From positions 45,652 through 109,651 of the forward strand of contig JAQGDQ010000677.1 in the NCBI GenBank assembly GCA_030141605.1: a stretch of DNA of 64,000 nucleotides, given 5' to 3'. The stretch comes from Tubiluchus corallicola. Lineage: Eukaryota > Animalia > Priapulida. Under the pieces are notes generated by a model, which did no database searches, had not been told where the DNA came from, and worked only from the letters and a program-made list of their open reading frames with translations. The position numbers and the translations under genes are program-made. Shown in pieces: positions 62,141-64,000 of this stretch. Numbering within the stretch: the first letter of the stretch is position 1; each line of letters begins with the position of its first letter.

Positions 62141-64000
62141 GGGCTCTTCCTTCAATCATTTCTCGTGTTTCCTCTTTCTTTATCCCAGCAGTTCACACAA
62201 AAAGAAGTTCTGAACTTTAACAATTATCTATTTACAACTATAACTGCAGCCCGCGTTATTGCGCCCCTCAATAGAGTAACATGACGCAACGATTGACTCA
62301 TAACAGCGTTATGAATTGATGTGATTTTCTCTGTTACAATTATTACTCCCCGTTAAAGCAGCAATCCGCGTTACATAAGCTTGACCAGTGGCCGACAGGT
62401 GGTTGCGTCACAAATGACCACTGGTTAGATCAGCGGCTGACAATACCTCACGTAACACAGTTAGAGATGGATGCCAAGTTTTATAATGGTGATGTAAAAC
62501 TTTGCGTAATTCGTCCAGTGTTGGTCTAACCCAAGGCCCTCTATATTTTAGGACAGTTGATTGACACTGTGGTAATAATAATTATCATGCTTGACCAGTA
62601 AAAATAAATGTTCTTAAATGATTATGACGTAATGCATTCATTTCGCTAAATAAAATTAGATGATTTCATAAGAAAATGTTACTAGCGCCATTTTAACTAG
62701 GGATTAAATTTGTGTAGTTCTTGAGATTACTCATTGTAACTCTTGCGGATTTAAACATTGAATTTAAATCTAATAATTTGGTTTATCAATTTATCTGCAT
62801 TTTTATGTTACTTCACAGGAAACTTGCTGCATTAATAACCTTGATTTTAGCACGCACTTCAATACTTCTTGTTTAATATCACTGTAAGAAATGTTATACG
62901 CACAAATTAGAAAAGCTAATTACAGAATCCGTAAATGTAATATTGTAGAATTCACTCTGTCTAGTGGCTACGTAAAATTGTATAATGTTAGTACAGATAT
63001 TTTTGCCTGCAAAAAGAGGCTAATAAAGACTTATCAGCATCATCATCATCATCATCATCCATTTTAAACGTAATTACAATTTTACGTGATTCTGCGATAA
63101 TGTTTCTTAAATAAAATTTTTGGTTCAAAATATTTTTGCGATATTGCGATTCAAAATTTTTTTCAGTCGATGTCAAACTGTAAACCTGCTTCCGTGTAAC
63201 TGTGTCATTTCATTCGCGAAACCTTCAAATATCGCCAATAATCACGCAATGGTAACATCAATAGTGACATGTCACTGACATCTTATTAAACCCTACCAGG
63301 TAAATCAGTGTACTATTAAGAGTCATTTATAGATGAACTTATTAAAGAGTAACCTTACGTAACAATTACGCCTACCGAGTTAATAACAGTCGTGTACAAA
63401 TGTCCAAATTTCTCATTAAGTTAGTACGTCCCAAAAACCACGCGACGCCTATCATTTGCAAATTTTGCAAAGAAATAAGTCGAAAGGTTATACGAGTTGA
63501 TAAGATTTAACACGGGTAAAGATTTCTATGTCTACTTTGAGGCTAATCAGTTTGGCATTAAAATTTCTCTGAGAACGTTAACCTCGGTGACATCTCCTTT
63601 TGACATCTTTATAGAAGATAATTGTAGTTTCCAATTTAAGTTATTATATGCTTTAGTGCCATAGAAAAACACGACCGCAGGCAGAGATGTGTCAACGAAA
63701 TTTCTGATGAAATCAATTGACTCCGCCATGTTGCATTTAATTGAAATTAAACAATTCGCATTCGGTTCACGCACCAGGAAATCAACGCGACAGTTCGACT
63801 CAGAGAATTACTGTCATTATGTTATACTGATCCTTATCGTACATACGGAATTGTGCTACAAAGCAAATGTCACGTTCCATATTGTCTACATTGGTCGTTT
63901 TATGTTGCATATAACGAAAAAACGTGGACGCATTGTGAACGCGGCTTTTGCCGATACGCATTCGCGTTTCTGATTTTGCAAAAATGCCTGGCCTCCTGTA

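Overview
AT-rich, microsatellite- and transposon-dense genomic DNA of an invertebrate animal: GT-AG introns, no operons, and most ORFs in the supplied track are repeat artefacts. Main content: (1) the last exons of a single-pass membrane protein gene (+, 403-5025 or 6489). (2) A two-LTR Gmr1-like Ty3/Gypsy retrotransposon (-, 9834-17092) with order gag[SAP-like, SCAN-like, CCHC]-protease-integrase-RT-RNaseH and a tRNA-Leu PBS. Its RT catalytic core is deleted, it has no TSD, its LTRs are mosaic, and a 17-nt leader segment is complementary to its own PPT. (3) A 4.26-kb single-exon ORF (+, 18872-23128) for a CUB + 29 EGF + WAP + TM protein. (4) A spliced gene (-, at least 7 coding exons, 29786-42215) for a PR/SET-like domain plus six C2H2 fingers. 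I found three of its exons by hand because the ORF track misses them. (5) Many MITEs, hAT and LINE relics, a tRNA-derived SINE, and minisatellites seeded from transposons, including a MITE family carrying telomere-like arrays of variable length. All family assignments are from motif recognition by eye; no searches were run.
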